The notes under the pieces: model-generated
Seen by the model: the letters and a program-made list of their open reading frames with translations, nothing else
Told to the model about the DNA's origin: nothing
Databases searched by the model: none
Shown: in pieces, positions 63,638 to 64,000 of the stretch
Layout: the number at the start of each line of letters is the position of its first letter
Numbering within the stretch: the stretch's first letter is position 1
Assembly (NCBI GenBank): GCA_038206295.1
Contig: JBBRAZ010000002.1
Location: forward strand, 39,267-103,266
DNA: 64,000 nt
From: Acidimicrobiales bacterium
Lineage (GTDB): Bacteria > Actinomycetota > Acidimicrobiia > Acidimicrobiales > JBBRAZ01
Direction: 5' to 3'
Program-made: the position numbers and the translations under genes

Positions 63638-64000
63638 ATGGACCTGATCGACCGGCACCTGGGGGGACCTCTGCGGGACGCCCTGGGGTCGTTCCGCGTC
63701 GTCGTGCTGCACGGGGCTCGGCAGTGCGGGAAGACCACCCTCGCCAGGGCGGTGGTCGAGGAGCGCGGCGGCACCTACGTCACCCTCGACGATGACGCCG
63801 TGCGTGCAGCTGCGCTCGCCGATCCCCTCACCTTCCTCACGACCCAGCCGCTTCCGCTCGCCATCGATGAGATCCAGCTGGGCGGCGACCGTCTTATCCG
63901 CACCGTCAAGCAGGTCGTCGACGCCGACCCCGAGCCGGGGCGCTACCTCCTCACCGGCTCGACGAACTTCCTCACCGTGCCCGTGTTCAGCGAGTCGCTC
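63638..64000 (+). CDS. AAA-type ATPase (DUF4143 family), N-terminal part; continues beyond the window
   Basis: My translation is MDLIDRHLGG...VVLHGARQCGKTTLA...AIDEIQ...YLLTGSTNF. It is collinear with the protein encoded at 14908..16134. Confidence 0.8.
   Translation, partial: MDLIDRHLGGPLRDALGSFRVVVLHGARQCGKTTLARAVVEERGGTYVTLDDDAVRAAALADPLTFLTTQPLPLAIDEIQLGGDRLIRTVKQVVDADPEPGRYLLTGSTNFLTVPVFSESL

Overview
The window is a high-GC, actinobacterial-type chromosomal segment. Hand-counted 60-nt lines in the flanks give about 73% GC. I support about 55 protein-coding genes and saw no rRNA, tRNA, CRISPR array, integrase or transposase.

Layout:
- 0-20 kb is metabolic. It holds an acyl-CoA ligase fragment, an amidohydrolase, an SDR, two tandem carotenoid-oxygenase-family genes, a Rieske oxygenase, a MaoC hydratase, a glycogen-debranching enzyme, a GT4 glycosyltransferase and an LLM oxidoreductase.
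- 20.0-20.8 kb holds a clear heliorhodopsin gene, followed co-directionally by nitroreductase and DoxX-like genes.
- 21-28.6 kb is accessory. It holds a penicillin-acylase-family gene, two toxin-antitoxin-like pairs, and three paralogous small tail-anchored coiled-coil protein genes. Each of the three is preceded by the same 69-nt conserved upstream element.
- 30.46-43.9 kb is a lower-GC island of about 13.4 kb (hand-counted lines give 42-60% GC) with no mobility genes. It contains (i) an overlapping gene pair encoding a NYN-like nuclease with a Cys-cluster insert and a NACHT/STAND NTPase with a pentapeptide-repeat-like C-terminus, which is my best candidate for an undescribed defence system; and (ii) a co-directional Res helicase-nuclease / Mod methyltransferase / long McrB / McrC block.
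- The island starts exactly where a RecB-like (TM0106-type) nuclease ORF ends. Its far side is followed by MNT-HEPN and AbiE-like modules.
- 48-64 kb holds DUF2786, TetR, MpaB oxygenase, a metallophosphoesterase, a secreted hydrolase cluster (GH10, GxGYxYP, TAT amine oxidase, esterases, a pectin-acetylesterase-like protein), VapBC, and a second DUF4143 ATPase paralog.

Both DUF4143 ATPase genes are preceded by tandem arrays of 23-bp direct repeats.

All functional calls rest on motifs read by eye from the translations. No database search was possible.
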